DNA from: Spirochaetales bacterium
GTDB taxonomy: Bacteria; Spirochaetota; Spirochaetia; JABEVK01
Direction of reading: 5' to 3'
DNA length: 64,000 nucleotides
NCBI GenBank assembly: GCA_947478845.1
Contig: CANJXC010000005.1
Location: 80,246-144,245 of the forward strand
A model generated the notes under the pieces. That model was not told the DNA's origin, ran no database searches, and saw only the letters and a list, made by a program, of their open reading frames with translations. Positions 1 to 10,186 of the stretch are shown here, one piece after another; position 1 is the stretch's first letter, and every line of letters starts with the position of its first letter. The translations under genes and the position numbers were made by a program.

Positions 1-105
1 GCCAATTCGGTACCGGTCCGCGTCGTTGGGGGCGCGGTGACCACGGTGATTATTGCGCTCAACCTCTGGCTGCTGGTTCAGCTGCTGTTTCCTGGGGCAA
101 CCTAA
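1..105 (+). CDS. 3' end (partial) of an upstream gene encoding a hydrophobic C-terminal tail; stop TAA at 103-105
   Basis: Frame 1 is open from the window edge to the TAA. The tail ...TTVIIALNLWLLVQLLFPGAT looks like a TM segment. It overlaps the convergent kinase gene by 47 nt. Confidence 0.25.
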   Translation, partial: ANSVPVRVVGGAVTTVIIALNLWLLVQLLFPGAT

Positions 106-1522
106 TCACAAACTCGGTACCAGATTCCTCGGTGCTTGTGACGCCCACGCTGCCCGAGTGCATTTCAACCAGAGCTTTTACGATGGACAAGCCCAGTCCG
201 TAACCTTTTTCCCTCATGGTAGAACGGCTCCGCCAAAAGCGGTCGAAAACCTGCGGAAGTTCTTCCTTTGGAATCACTGAGCCACGGTCGTGCACCCGCA
301 GAACAATCTGGTTGTCGTCGCACTGGCCCGTCAAGGTGACGAGGGTTTGGGGAAGTGCATATTTGATGGCGTTGTCGAGCAGGTTGAGCAGTGCCTGCTC
401 GAGTTTAAAACGGTCTGCCGTGAGTTCCAAGTCGGCCGGGCACGAAAGATCCAAAACGACATGGCGGGAATCAGCAAGCTTTTCCACTTGGTCGAGCAAA
501 GTTTTGAGACAATCATGCAGACCGAAACGAGCCGGTTCGAAGTGCATTTCCTGCGCATCAAACCGTGCCAGCTTGAGAAGGTTCTCGACAATCGAGGCCA
601 TGCGTTCCACTTCCTCGAGAGAACTGGCAAGTATGTACTGATAGTCCTTCGTGGTGCGGCTCTTTTTGAGGGAAACTTCCAGCTCGCCGCGCATCACCGC
701 AAGGGGCGTTTTCATCTGATGACTGAGGTCTTCAAACACCCGGCGCTGCTGGTCGAAGTTCACCTCTATACGCGTCATGAGGGCGTTGAAAGCCAACGAA
801 AGGTCACGTGTCTCGGTTTCATGGAACTCATTCGGGTCGAAGGGTTCCCGCAGGGTGCCGGCTGTGTCGCGCAGACCTTCCATAAACCGGCCTACTCCGC
901 GCAGCGAGCGCTTGATCAGGCCAAACTCCAGCAAGGCACCAGCCACCAGAAACAGCGGAAGCAGAATCCAAATCACCGTGGTCAGGGCAGAAAGTGGTTC
1001 CTCGATTTTCCGGTTTTCAAGCGCTGTCTGGATAATGTAGTCCTGACGCCGGGTCGAGACGTAACTCATCAGGCTTTCAACCCACACGTCAAAGCCCACA
1101 AAGTTCTGAATGGTCGTGTTTTGGATAATCGTGCGGTCCTTCTGCAATTGAGTCAGAAACTCCTTGCTGATGCGAACCTCTTCCAAATCCTTGCGGTTGG
1201 TGGCGATGAGGGTACCATCGGCCTTGTAGACCCGCACGATGAGACCCACCAGAAGGTTTGAGTTTGTACTGGAATTGATCCAGTCCTTGGCAGCCTGAGT
1301 GAAGTTCTGTTCAGTTTCCACCGTGCGCTTATAAAACAGCCAATACACGTTGATAGAGTCTTCCAAGCCCTGGGTCTTGGCACGCAAAAGGTTGTCGGTA
1401 TCGAGGTATAGCACTCCCTGAAACCGGTTGATAACAAAGCCTGAAAACACAGTCATCACGATGAGAAGCACCAGGGTCAGTTGCCAGGTCAGGGTGAAGC
1501 GGATGCTCCTATTCTTGGCCAA
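59..1522 (-). CDS. two-component sensor histidine kinase (N-terminal TM, periplasmic domain, HAMP, HisKA, HATPase_c)
   Basis: 487-aa ORF. The H-box is MKTPLAVMRGELEV. The ATPase motifs are DNAIKY, DRGSVIP and GYGLGLSIV. An N-terminal TM is present. Confidence 0.9.
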   Translation of the reverse strand: MAKNRSIRFTLTWQLTLVLLIVMTVFSGFVINRFQGVLYLDTDNLLRAKTQGLEDSINVYWLFYKRTVETEQNFTQAAKDWINSSTNSNLLVGLIVRVYKADGTLIATNRKDLEEVRISKEFLTQLQKDRTIIQNTTIQNFVGFDVWVESLMSYVSTRRQDYIIQTALENRKIEEPLSALTTVIWILLPLFLVAGALLEFGLIKRSLRGVGRFMEGLRDTAGTLREPFDPNEFHETETRDLSLAFNALMTRIEVNFDQQRRVFEDLSHQMKTPLAVMRGELEVSLKKSRTTKDYQYILASSLEEVERMASIVENLLKLARFDAQEMHFEPARFGLHDCLKTLLDQVEKLADSRHVVLDLSCPADLELTADRFKLEQALLNLLDNAIKYALPQTLVTLTGQCDDNQIVLRVHDRGSVIPKEELPQVFDRFWRSRSTMREKGYGLGLSIVKALVEMHSGSVGVTSTEESGTEFVIRLPQETAAEPAARG

Positions 1523-2249
1523 GCGTATACCCGCTGCCCCTTACCGTCTGGATAAGCTTGAGATCAAACCCGTGGTCGATTTTTTTTCGCAGGCGATTAA
1601 TGTGAACGTCGATCACGTTGGTGGTGGTGTCAAAATGGATGTCCCAAACCTTCTCGCTGATCTCCATGCGGCTGAGCACCTTTCCGGAGTTTTCCATTAG
1701 GAACTGCAGGAGGGCAAACTCTTTGGTCGAAAGGTCGATCACTTGGCCTGCTCGCTCTACCCGCCGCTGTTTGGTATCGAGAATAAGGTCGCTCAGGCGC
1801 AAGCTGGTGTCCGCGCGTTGCTCGGCCTTACGAATAAGCGACCGGCACCGCGCCAAAAACTCTTCAAACGCAAAGGGCTTGGTTAGGTAATCATCGGCCC
1901 CCAAATCGAGGCCCAAAACCTTATCGTTCACGCCATCACGGGCTGTGAGGAAAATAATGGGCACCTGCCTGCCCTTGGCTCTCAGCTGCCGGCAGACATC
2001 CAGACCATCGAGGTCAGGGAGCATGATATCGAGCACGATGAGGTCCCAGGGACGGCCGGCAGCCGTTCCTGTGAGGGCCATTTCGAGGCCAGCTCTGCCG
2101 TCCTGGGCCCAGTCAACATGATAGCCTTCCTCAGAGAGGCCTTTCTGCACAAAACTGGCAATCTTGGCCTCGTCTTCGACAACAAGGATATTGTGAGTCA
2201 TAGGGTCAGTTTGGGCGCCACCAAAGCGCTTGTCAACGTGGGGAGACAC
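1509..2249 (-). CDS. OmpR/PhoB-family response regulator; probable true start at internal Met (MTHNILVVEDE, about 2201)
   Basis: The receiver domain has DLIVLDIMLPDLDG. The winged-helix C-terminus has TKEFALLQFL..RGSGY. It overlaps the kinase gene by 14 nt, which fits an operon. Confidence 0.9.
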   Translation of the reverse strand: MSPHVDKRFGGAQTDPMTHNILVVEDEAKIASFVQKGLSEEGYHVDWAQDGRAGLEMALTGTAAGRPWDLIVLDIMLPDLDGLDVCRQLRAKGRQVPIIFLTARDGVNDKVLGLDLGADDYLTKPFAFEEFLARCRSLIRKAEQRADTSLRLSDLILDTKQRRVERAGQVIDLSTKEFALLQFLMENSGKVLSRMEISEKVWDIHFDTTTNVIDVHINRLRKKIDHGFDLKLIQTVRGSGYTLGQE

Positions 2250-2310
2250 AAGGGTTTAGCGTTTACAACCAATTGCGTGGATTCGCGAGAACAATTATGG
2301 TGTTAGCCCG

Positions 2311-3321
2311 ATGATCTATCGCGCCATTGTACTTCTCTTATGCTTTGCCGCCGGGCTAGCTGGTCTACCTGCGCCGGTTTCTGTGAACCTCAACGAGGTC
2401 TGGGGTTACCTCGATTCTGGCGACCGAGGGGCCTTGAACCCTGACCTGCCCCTCACCGATGTGGCGGTGTTTGCGGCTTCGATCAACAGCAAGGGCCAAC
2501 TTGTGGCGGTTCCAGCTCCGTTCTCGGCCGAGAGTTCCTCGGCCAGGGCTCACCTCGTTGTTGCCGAACTTGGCAACATGGCGCTCACCCACTTTGTCCT
2601 CGATCCCGTTTATCCGCTTCGGGATCGACTGGTTACCGATATCGCCGCGGCTTCCAAGCCTTTTGACGGTGTGCAGATCGACTTCGAAGCTGTTGCAAGG
2701 TACGACAAGGAAAACTACCTGGAGTTCCTTACGCGCCTGAAACACGCCTTAGGCTCCAAAATGCTCAGTGTGGCGGTTCCCGCCCGCTGGAAGGCCGTCG
2801 ACGATGCCCAAGACTACACCAGCCTTGCCCGCATTGCCGACAGGTTGGTAATCATGGCCTACGACGAGCACTGGAGCACCAGCGCTCCTGGAGCCATTGC
2901 GTCTGTGACCTGGGGTTCCAAGGTCGCGGCCTATGCGCTGGCCACTCTTGGCCGCACCAGGACCGTTTTAGGACTGCCCTTTTATGGCAGGGCCTGGGGC
3001 GATGCCAACCCGGCGGGAGGTTATCGGTTTTCAGGCGTAGAGCGCGTGCGGGGGGAAACCGAAGCTCAAATAGAACGCGATGCAGGGGGAGTTCCCTCGT
3101 TCCGGTTCACCCGGAACATTGCCTACACCATGTGGTACGAAGATTCCGTTTCGCTTGAGGTCAAGGCCAGCCTTTATCTGGGCATGGGAATCACCAAACT
3201 GGCGTTCTGGAGGCTGGGCCAGGAAGACAAGACCGTCTGGAGCGTCGTGAAAAAAAAACTGGCAGGCCCTTCCCTCGTAGACCTGCCCCGCTATCTGCTC
3301 CGGTTAACACCTGCGGAGTAA
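2311..3321 (+). CDS. exported glycoside hydrolase family 18-like protein with a variant catalytic motif
   Basis: A signal peptide is present. The motif FDGVQIDFE sits where GH18 has DGxDxDWE. The fold-level resemblance is to YaaH/chitinase-like proteins. Confidence 0.55.
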   Translation: MIYRAIVLLLCFAAGLAGLPAPVSVNLNEVWGYLDSGDRGALNPDLPLTDVAVFAASINSKGQLVAVPAPFSAESSSARAHLVVAELGNMALTHFVLDPVYPLRDRLVTDIAAASKPFDGVQIDFEAVARYDKENYLEFLTRLKHALGSKMLSVAVPARWKAVDDAQDYTSLARIADRLVIMAYDEHWSTSAPGAIASVTWGSKVAAYALATLGRTRTVLGLPFYGRAWGDANPAGGYRFSGVERVRGETEAQIERDAGGVPSFRFTRNIAYTMWYEDSVSLEVKASLYLGMGITKLAFWRLGQEDKTVWSVVKKKLAGPSLVDLPRYLLRLTPAE

Positions 3322-3326
3322 GGCAA

Positions 3327-4511
3327 CTATCGTTTCACGCGGCGAGTGGCCACATCGAAAATGACCGCGAGAGCCAGAACTCCTCCGCGGATAATGTACT
3401 GGAGCGACTCATCGACGCCCATCAGGTTCATACCGTTGCGCAGCGACATATAGACGATGGCGCCCACGACGGAACCGGTGACCTTACCGACGCCGCCGGC
3501 GGCAGAAACGCCACCAATGTAGGCGGCTGCGATGGCGTCGAGTTCGAGCATGGCTCCCGCCGAGGGCCCAGCCGACTGGAGGCGCGAAGCGAGGAGAATG
3601 CCCGAAACCGCAGTGAGAAGACCCATCGAACCAAAAACCAACATGGTTACCTTGCTGACGCTGATACCCGAGAGCTCTGCCGCCTCAGGGTTACCGCCAA
3701 TGGCGTAAATGTGGCGACCAATCACGGTCTGCCGGGTAATCCAGTCGTAAACACCAACCACAGCGAGCATGATCACGATGGTCCAGCCCATGCCGTTGTT
3801 GGCGGCTAGGGTCCAAGTGACATACCCAATCGCGATCGAGATGAGGGCCAGCTTGATGATCTGCATGTCGAGAGGAATCACCTCGAAGTTGTACGACTTT
3901 TTTATCTTGCGGGCCCGGATGTCTGCCCAGATGAACCAGAGAATAGCCGCAACGCCAATCGTTAGCGTGAGGATGTGCAATCCCGGAAGCAGAGCGTCTT
4001 TGGGAAGGAAGTCAGGAATCTTGCCGTTGCTGAGCGCCACAAAAGTCTCGTCCTTGATGTTGAGCGTACCGGTAGACGTTGTCGAGCGCAGCAAAAGCCC
4101 CCGGTAGATGAGCCAACCGGCGAGCGAGGCCACAAACGACGGAATACCGAGCTTGGCCACAGGTAAGGCCGTCAGAAGGCCGGCTAACACGCCAATGACC
4201 AAGACAGCTGGAATGACCAGCCAAACCGGAAGGTGCAAAGTTGTCAGTCCGATAGCAGCAATGGCACCCAAAAAGCCGGCCAAGAAGCCAACCGAAAGGT
4301 CGATGTGCCTAATGACGATCACGAGGGTCATTCCCACAGCCAAGACCGCGATGTAGCCGGTCTGGTTCATCAGGTTGGCGATGTTGCCGGGTTGTAGGAA
4401 CAACCCACCGGTGGTGATTTCGAAAATCAGCATGATCACAGCCAGCGCGATATACATGCCGTACTCGCGGATGTTCTGATTCAGGGCTTTTTGTAGGTCG
4501 TGGACGGTCAT
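3327..4511 (-). CDS. sugar ABC transporter permease (XylH/GguB-like, monosaccharide family)
   Basis: 394-aa polytopic membrane protein. It resembles the xylose/ribose-type permease family. Confidence 0.85.
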   Translation of the reverse strand: MTVHDLQKALNQNIREYGMYIALAVIMLIFEITTGGLFLQPGNIANLMNQTGYIAVLAVGMTLVIVIRHIDLSVGFLAGFLGAIAAIGLTTLHLPVWLVIPAVLVIGVLAGLLTALPVAKLGIPSFVASLAGWLIYRGLLLRSTTSTGTLNIKDETFVALSNGKIPDFLPKDALLPGLHILTLTIGVAAILWFIWADIRARKIKKSYNFEVIPLDMQIIKLALISIAIGYVTWTLAANNGMGWTIVIMLAVVGVYDWITRQTVIGRHIYAIGGNPEAAELSGISVSKVTMLVFGSMGLLTAVSGILLASRLQSAGPSAGAMLELDAIAAAYIGGVSAAGGVGKVTGSVVGAIVYMSLRNGMNLMGVDESLQYIIRGGVLALAVIFDVATRRVKR

Positions 4512-4539
4512 TTTGGGGTTTACTCCTAGAGATCTGCGG

Positions 4540-6060
4540 TTATTGTGTGGCCATGTGCATGATTTTTTCTTGGGTGGCCTCAGAGCGGGACAACTCTCCT
4601 GCGATGCGCCCGGCAGAGACGACGTAGATGCGGTCGCTCATGCCCAGCACTTCGGGAAGCTCTGAAGAGATCATGATGATGCTCATACCTTGTTCTACAA
4701 GGCGATTCATGATGGTGTAGATCTCAAACTTGGCACCAACATCGATGCCACGGGACGGCTCATCGAGGATGAGCACTTCAGGTTCGACGAACAACCACTT
4801 GGCGATGGAAACCTTTTGCTGATTCCCACCCGAAAGGTTGCTGACCCTCTGCTCCACACTAGGGGTCTTAATGTTGAGACTGGTTTTGAACTCGTTGGCA
4901 AACTTGACCTCAAGGTTCTGATCGGTGACCCCGCGACTGGAAATCCTCTCGAGTTTGGCCAAGCTGATATTGGATTTGATATCCTGGATCAGGATAAGAC
5001 CGTTTCCTTTGCGGTCCTCAGATGCATAGGCAAGCTTGGCGGCGATGGCGTCTCGGGGACTCTTGAACTCAACCTTTTTGCCCTTAATGAGCAACTCCCC
5101 CTGAAGGTGGTAGCGGTCGGGGTTGCCAAAAATGCTCTTGGCCAATTCGGTCCGTCCGGAGCCCATCAGCCCGGCGATTCCGATTATCTCTCCTTTGTGC
5201 AGTTTCAGGTTCATTTCCTTGAGCACGGTCCGGCCGAGTTTGGGGTCGTAGCCGTTCCAGTTCTTGATCTCGAGGACCACGACAGGTTCTACCGCGTGGC
5301 TGCGTGGAGGATAAATATTGTTGATCTCCCGACCGACCATGTTCTTGATCAGATTGGCCTCAGACACATCACCACTTTTGGAGTCCAGAGTGCAAATCGT
5401 CTGCCCGTCGCGTAGAACCGTAACGGTGTCGGCGATGTGAATCACCTCTTTGAGGCGGTGAGAAATCAGCACCGAGGTGATTCCTTTCTTCTTCAGTTCA
5501 AGAATGAGCGAGAGCAGGTTCTCGGCGTCGTCCTCGTTCAGGGCGGCGGTGGGCTCGTCGAGAATCAGCAGTTTGACGTCTTTGCACAGCGCCTTGGCAA
5601 TTTCCACCAACTGCTGCTGGCCAATGCCGAGGTCTTTGATCTTCATCTCGGGGTTCACCTTGAGGCGGACGGTCGCCAGCATCTCGGTGGCCTTGCGGAT
5701 GGTTTCGTTCCAGTCGATGGCCAGGCCTTTGGTGATTTCTTGGCCCATCAGAATGTTCTCGTACACCGTCAACTCGGGGAACAGCGCCAACTCCTGGTAG
5801 ATGATGGCAATGCCCGCGTGTTCGCTGTCGGAAATGTGGCGGAACTTCTGCACTTCACCCTGCAGCAGAATGTCGCCCTCGTAATCGCCGAACGGGTACA
5901 CGCCGCTCAGCACTTTCATCAACGTCGATTTTCCGGCGCCGTTTTCACCGACCAAGCAATGAATCTCGCCTTCTTCCACGCGGAAGCTGACGTTGTTCAG
6001 GGCCCGGACGCCGGGAAAAGTCTTGGAAATTGACTTCATTTCTAGGATGGTTTTGCTCAT
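4540..6060 (-). CDS. sugar ABC transporter ATP-binding protein with duplicated ATPase domains (XylG/MglA-like)
   Basis: Two Walker A motifs (GENGAGKST and GLMGSGRTE) and two LSGG signatures. 506 aa. Confidence 0.9.
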   Translation of the reverse strand: MSKTILEMKSISKTFPGVRALNNVSFRVEEGEIHCLVGENGAGKSTLMKVLSGVYPFGDYEGDILLQGEVQKFRHISDSEHAGIAIIYQELALFPELTVYENILMGQEITKGLAIDWNETIRKATEMLATVRLKVNPEMKIKDLGIGQQQLVEIAKALCKDVKLLILDEPTAALNEDDAENLLSLILELKKKGITSVLISHRLKEVIHIADTVTVLRDGQTICTLDSKSGDVSEANLIKNMVGREINNIYPPRSHAVEPVVVLEIKNWNGYDPKLGRTVLKEMNLKLHKGEIIGIAGLMGSGRTELAKSIFGNPDRYHLQGELLIKGKKVEFKSPRDAIAAKLAYASEDRKGNGLILIQDIKSNISLAKLERISSRGVTDQNLEVKFANEFKTSLNIKTPSVEQRVSNLSGGNQQKVSIAKWLFVEPEVLILDEPSRGIDVGAKFEIYTIMNRLVEQGMSIIMISSELPEVLGMSDRIYVVSAGRIAGELSRSEATQEKIMHMATQ

Positions 6061-6120
6061 AGAACCTCGGTAGGATTTTAATGCACGAAAGCGGTTACGA
6101 CAACAGAGAGTTGGGGGACC

Positions 6121-6531
6121 TCAAGGCTCGAGAGCGACCCTCAAGGCGACCAGCGCCAGCACAATGGCGACGGGAGCGAAAAACCAGTTTTCCAGGCTCA
6201 CACCGCTGGCCAGATTGCCCACCGCGTTGAGCACCAAGAAGCCAAAAACCAGCCACAGCCCCACCGTGGGAATCACCCGGGCCCTGTCGGTGGGCACGAC
6301 GCCTGTTTTCATGAGCACCAGGGTCGCGAACCCCAAGGTGACCACCACGGCCAGCGCCTCGAGCCAATAGAAATTGGCCCGGTCGTTGATCACGATGCCG
6401 CCCCAGACAATGTCGGCCGGCAGAAGCCCCGCCACCACCAGCACGTGAAACACCAGCAAGGCCGCCAGCGCAGCGAGCAGAAGCGCCGAGGCCACCTTGG
6501 CCGGAAACACCTTGTCGAGGAAGGCTTTCAT
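6121..6531 (-). CDS. small hypothetical integral membrane protein (about 136 aa, 4 predicted TM)
   Basis: It starts at MKAFLDKVF. Its ATG overlaps the aspS stop as ATGA. The annotated 279-aa ORF is an upstream over-extension. Confidence 0.5.
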   Translation of the reverse strand: MKAFLDKVFPAKVASALLLAALAALLVFHVLVVAGLLPADIVWGGIVINDRANFYWLEALAVVVTLGFATLVLMKTGVVPTDRARVIPTVGLWLVFGFLVLNAVGNLASGVSLENWFFAPVAIVLALVALRVALEP

Positions 6532-8312
6532 CCCTCGACCACCTTGAGGCCCAGTTCCTTGAGTTGCAGGTCTTCGACCATGGCAGGGCTCTCGTCCATG
6601 GGGCTCGCGCCGAGCGTGTTCTTGGGGAAGGCGATCACTTCGCGGATGTTCTCTTGCCCGCTCATCACCATCACGAGGCGATCGAGTCCGGGGGCGATGC
6701 CACCGTGCGGCGGGGGGCCATACTGAAAGGCCTCGAGCAGAAAACCGAAACGTTCCTTGGCGCGGGCTTCGGGGTACCCCACCGTGTTGAACAGCCTCTG
6801 CTGAATGGCCGGGTCGTGAATACGGATGGAGCCCGACGCCATTTCGAAGCCGTTGCACACCAGGTCGTAGAGGTCGCCCTTCACCGGCCCCGGGTCGGTG
6901 TCGAAGGTGTCGAGGAAGCGGGCCTGGGGCATGGTGAACATGTGGTGCGCCGGTTCCCACGCCTTCAACTCGTCATTGAACTCAAACAGCGGAAAATCGA
7001 CAATCCACGCAAAGGCAAACTCGCCGGCCTTTGCCAGCCCCAGTTCGCGGCCGGCCTTGAGGCGCACAGCCCCCAGACTGGTGTTGGCCACCTTGGGCTG
7101 GTCCGCCACGAGCAGGATCACGTCGCCCACCGCCGCTTCGAGCTCTCGGAGAATGCCCTCGCTCATGGTGGCGAAGAACTTGGCCACGCCGGTGTCGAGC
7201 GTGGGTTGGCCGTCGGCGCCGGCGATGACCTTCATCGAAGCCAAACCCTTGGCACCGTATACCTTGGCGGCGTCTTCCCACTCGGCAATCTTCTTGCGGC
7301 TGGCATATTCGGCGGCACCCTTCACCACCAGCGCCTTCACGAGGCCGCCGGTCTCCAGCACGGACTCGAACGCGCTGAACCCGCTGCCGGGCACAAACAC
7401 GCTGAAGTCCTTCATGGGCATGCCAAAGCGCAGGTCGGGCTTGTCGCTGCCGTACAGCTCCATGGCGGTGTCGTAGGCCAGGCGCGGGAACGGGGTCTTG
7501 AGGTCGTACCCGATGCCGTCGGAGAACACCTTCGCCATCAGGCCTTCCATCATGGAATAGATATCCTCTGCGGTCACAAAACTCATTTCAATATCGATCT
7601 GGGTAAACTCCGGCTGACGGTCTACCCTCGGATCCTCGTCGCGGTAGCAACGAGCAATTTGAAAGTACTTGTCCATGCCGCCCACCATCAGAAGCTGCTT
7701 ATACAGCTGGGGGCTTTGAGGAAGGGCATAAAACTTACCCTGGTTGACCCGACTGGGAACCAAAAAGTCACGCGCGCCTTCGGGGGTACTCTTGATGAGC
7801 GTCGGCGTCTCAATTTCGAGGAAACCTAATCCATGCAGATACTGTCGGGTAGACCAAGTGACTTTATCGCGGAGAATCAAACGGTCCTTCATGCCGGTGG
7901 AACGCAGATCGAGGTAACGGTATTGCAACCGCAGCGTCTCGTTGGCCTTGTTGTCGTCCTCTGTAGGGAAGGGTAGCGTCGGAGCGCTGGAAAGCACCTG
8001 GACCTCACGGGCCACCACCTCCACCTCGCCGGTAGTCATTTTTGGGTTTCGCATGGTTTCGGGGCGGGCCTTCACAGTGCCAGACACCGCGAGGCAGAAC
8101 TCACTCTTGAGGCAGCTCACCTGCTCGAGCAGACCAGCAGGAGAACGTTCGTCGATGACAACCTGCGTGGTTCCGTAGCGGTCGCGCAGCGTAATGAAAG
8201 CCACGCCACCCTGATTGCGGAAACGATGGACCCAGCCATTGAGAACAACTGTTGCCTCCCTGTTGGACAGGGTCAATTCACCGCAGGTGAACGTTCGTTG
8301 GGGGAATACCAT
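6528..8312 (-). CDS. aspS: aspartate--tRNA ligase
   Basis: 594 aa. Class II aaRS motifs are present, including FQYGPPPHGGIAPGLDRLVM, and an N-terminal OB fold. Confidence 0.95.
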   Translation of the reverse strand: MVFPQRTFTCGELTLSNREATVVLNGWVHRFRNQGGVAFITLRDRYGTTQVVIDERSPAGLLEQVSCLKSEFCLAVSGTVKARPETMRNPKMTTGEVEVVAREVQVLSSAPTLPFPTEDDNKANETLRLQYRYLDLRSTGMKDRLILRDKVTWSTRQYLHGLGFLEIETPTLIKSTPEGARDFLVPSRVNQGKFYALPQSPQLYKQLLMVGGMDKYFQIARCYRDEDPRVDRQPEFTQIDIEMSFVTAEDIYSMMEGLMAKVFSDGIGYDLKTPFPRLAYDTAMELYGSDKPDLRFGMPMKDFSVFVPGSGFSAFESVLETGGLVKALVVKGAAEYASRKKIAEWEDAAKVYGAKGLASMKVIAGADGQPTLDTGVAKFFATMSEGILRELEAAVGDVILLVADQPKVANTSLGAVRLKAGRELGLAKAGEFAFAWIVDFPLFEFNDELKAWEPAHHMFTMPQARFLDTFDTDPGPVKGDLYDLVCNGFEMASGSIRIHDPAIQQRLFNTVGYPEARAKERFGFLLEAFQYGPPPHGGIAPGLDRLVMVMSGQENIREVIAFPKNTLGASPMDESPAMVEDLQLKELGLKVVEG

Positions 8313-8480
8313 AGCCCAAAGCTTAGCATGGTTGGCTTTTTGAGAGAAGTCGCCCGAAGTTCAGCCAAGACGAATCGACAGTCGCTGAGTGACGATAATA
8401 CCAGCTTTTGATAGACAATAGAGGTCAATAATAGCCAATATTGGACAACTTTTCATTTCTCATCAAACTTTAACGTTTTT

Positions 8481-8510
8481 ATTGACAAAATTGACAACCC
8501 ATGCATTGAC
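8481..8510 (+). promoter_or_regulatory. three direct ATTGAC(AA) repeats at about 10-12 bp spacing in an AT-rich divergent intergenic region
   Basis: The sequence is tttttATTGACAAaATTGACAAcccatgcATTGACgc. The repeats are helical-turn spaced and also match a -35-like TTGACA. Confidence 0.35.
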
Positions 8511-8560
8511 GCTTCTCGAAGCGCGAACGTACCTTGAGTTTAAACCGAAGGAGGTTTTCC

Positions 8561-8938
8561 TTGAACACACACTTGTTCGACCCCACTGAGTTTGCCGGGG
8601 CCCACACCGAAGACTTGCTTCATCATGTTGAGGAGCACAAATACTGGACCAACCAGTCGATTCCCCATGAAATCACCTTTGAGGAAGCCCTCGACTCATG
8701 GAACCAACTCGTTTACGCCCCGCTTTCCGATGCTATCCGCGACTTCCAATTGGATCTCGCCTTCCCTGAAGCGGGTCACGGTGAACTCTACCTGTGGGTA
8801 AGCCGACATTGGCACTACATGAAGCAAAACCTTAACCGCGAGGTGCTGGCACGCGAAGCCGTGCTCGACTTTGGAACTCGCTTCGGTAGGGATGCGCTTT
8901 CCCGTTTCGGCTTCTTCCTGAAAGGCCTGCGGGCCTAA
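8561..8938 (+). CDS. hypothetical protein (probable TTG start after AGGAGG RBS)
   Basis: AGGAGG at 8549-8554 precedes TTG 8561. The alternative start is 8534. It is the first gene upstream of msrA. Confidence 0.4.
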   Translation: MNTHLFDPTEFAGAHTEDLLHHVEEHKYWTNQSIPHEITFEEALDSWNQLVYAPLSDAIRDFQLDLAFPEAGHGELYLWVSRHWHYMKQNLNREVLAREAVLDFGTRFGRDALSRFGFFLKGLRA

Positions 8939-8993
8939 CTCCCGCTTGACTTCGGCTTCCCGCAACCCTAATTTCCTCATGAAGAGGTGAGGT

Positions 8994-9602
8994 ATGAAGG
9001 TGCGCGTGGGGGCCGTTTTTGGGGCGTTGCTGTTGTTGGCGCCAACGACACAGGTTTGGGCCGCCCAATCCGAAGTGGCTGTATTTTCCGGAGGCTGTTT
9101 TTGGGGTGTTGAGGCCGTTTTTGAACGCCTCAAGGGTGTAGGTGAAGTTTTATCGGGCTACACGGGCGGAACTCTTTCCAGCCCTAGCTACGAAGCAGTG
9201 AGTTCTGGCTCTACGGGCCACGCAGAATCGGTGAAGGTTGTTTACGACCCCGCCGTGGTCAGCTACGAAACACTACTTAAAGTGTTCTTTCTGGTGGCGC
9301 ACGACCCGACGCAACTGAATTATCAGGGACCGGACCACGGCACCCAGTATCGTTCGGCGCTTTGGTACACTACTCCTGCTCAAAAAACCACGGCTGAAGG
9401 GTCCATTCGCCAGCTTGAGAAAGACAAAATCTACCCGGGCAAGGTAGTGACAGAGGTAAAACCTCTGGTGAAGTTCTGGCCCGCCGAGGACTACCACCAA
9501 GACTTCATCGCCAACAACCCCACACAGGGCTACATTGTCAGGTTCGATCTTCCCAAGCTGAGGTACCTGCACAAAAACTTCCCCTCACTGGAGAAATCAT
9601 GA
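8994..9602 (+). CDS. msrA: peptide-methionine (S)-S-oxide reductase MsrA with N-terminal signal peptide
   Basis: GCFWG active-site motif. The signal peptide is [23 protein letters not shown]. Confidence 0.9.
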   Translation: MKVRVGAVFGALLLLAPTTQVWAAQSEVAVFSGGCFWGVEAVFERLKGVGEVLSGYTGGTLSSPSYEAVSSGSTGHAESVKVVYDPAVVSYETLLKVFFLVAHDPTQLNYQGPDHGTQYRSALWYTTPAQKTTAEGSIRQLEKDKIYPGKVVTEVKPLVKFWPAEDYHQDFIANNPTQGYIVRFDLPKLRYLHKNFPSLEKS

Positions 9603-10186
9603 AGAGGAGTGCACTTACTCTTGCCGCTGTTTTTGTGTCGGTTGTTGGCCTTGTAGCGCCCTTGGTTGCCCAGTCAGGACTGTGGAAAGGTCTTCCGGTG
9701 GTGGAGGCTAGTGCCAAGCTAACCTTTCCAATAACCCGAACGGACGCCGAGTGGAAGAAGCAGCTTGGCGATTTCGCCTATTTCGTGCTTCGGGAACAGG
9801 GCACCGAAAGGGCCTTTTCCAACCCGATGCACCACGAAACCCGAAAGGGCACCTTTTATTCCGCAGCTACCGGCCAACCCTTGTTCCGCTCTGAGGCAAA
9901 GTTTGATTCCGGCACCGGCTGGCCGAGTTTCAGCCACCCCATACAGCAGAGCGCCGTGGTACTGCGCATCGATACCAGTTTTGGCGCGCAACGGGTGGAG
10001 GTCAGTGATTCCTCGTCCGGAAGCCACCTAGGTCATGTGTTCGACGACGGGCCGGGCAAGTCGGCAGACTTCCCCGAGGGTACCGGCCTGAGGTACTGCA
10101 TGGACGCGGCGAGCCTGCTGTTTGTTCCCGACGGAGCCGCCTTGCCTTCGTTGGTCAAAGACTATCAGGCCAAGTTCAAGAAATGA
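9599..10186 (+). CDS. msrB: peptide-methionine (R)-S-oxide reductase MsrB with N-terminal signal peptide
   Basis: SelR domain with GTGWPSF...RYCMDAASL. It overlaps the msrA stop by 4 nt. Confidence 0.9.
   Translation: MKRSALTLAAVFVSVVGLVAPLVAQSGLWKGLPVVEASAKLTFPITRTDAEWKKQLGDFAYFVLREQGTERAFSNPMHHETRKGTFYSAATGQPLFRSEAKFDSGTGWPSFSHPIQQSAVVLRIDTSFGAQRVEVSDSSSGSHLGHVFDDGPGKSADFPEGTGLRYCMDAASLLFVPDGAALPSLVKDYQAKFKK

Noticed and set aside
290-1261. Long antisense ORFs opposite real genes (for example 290-1261, 6564-7829, 25527-26483, 26834-27721, 31746-32807, 12273-13361)
   Set aside because: These are high-GC artefacts. They lack RBS and recognisable motifs and fully overlap genes with strong family signatures on the other strand.
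6121-6960. 279-aa ORF with Pro/Arg/His-rich N-terminus
   Set aside because: This is an in-frame extension through the antisense of aspS. Only the last about 136 aa (from MKAFLDK at 6531) form a plausible membrane protein.
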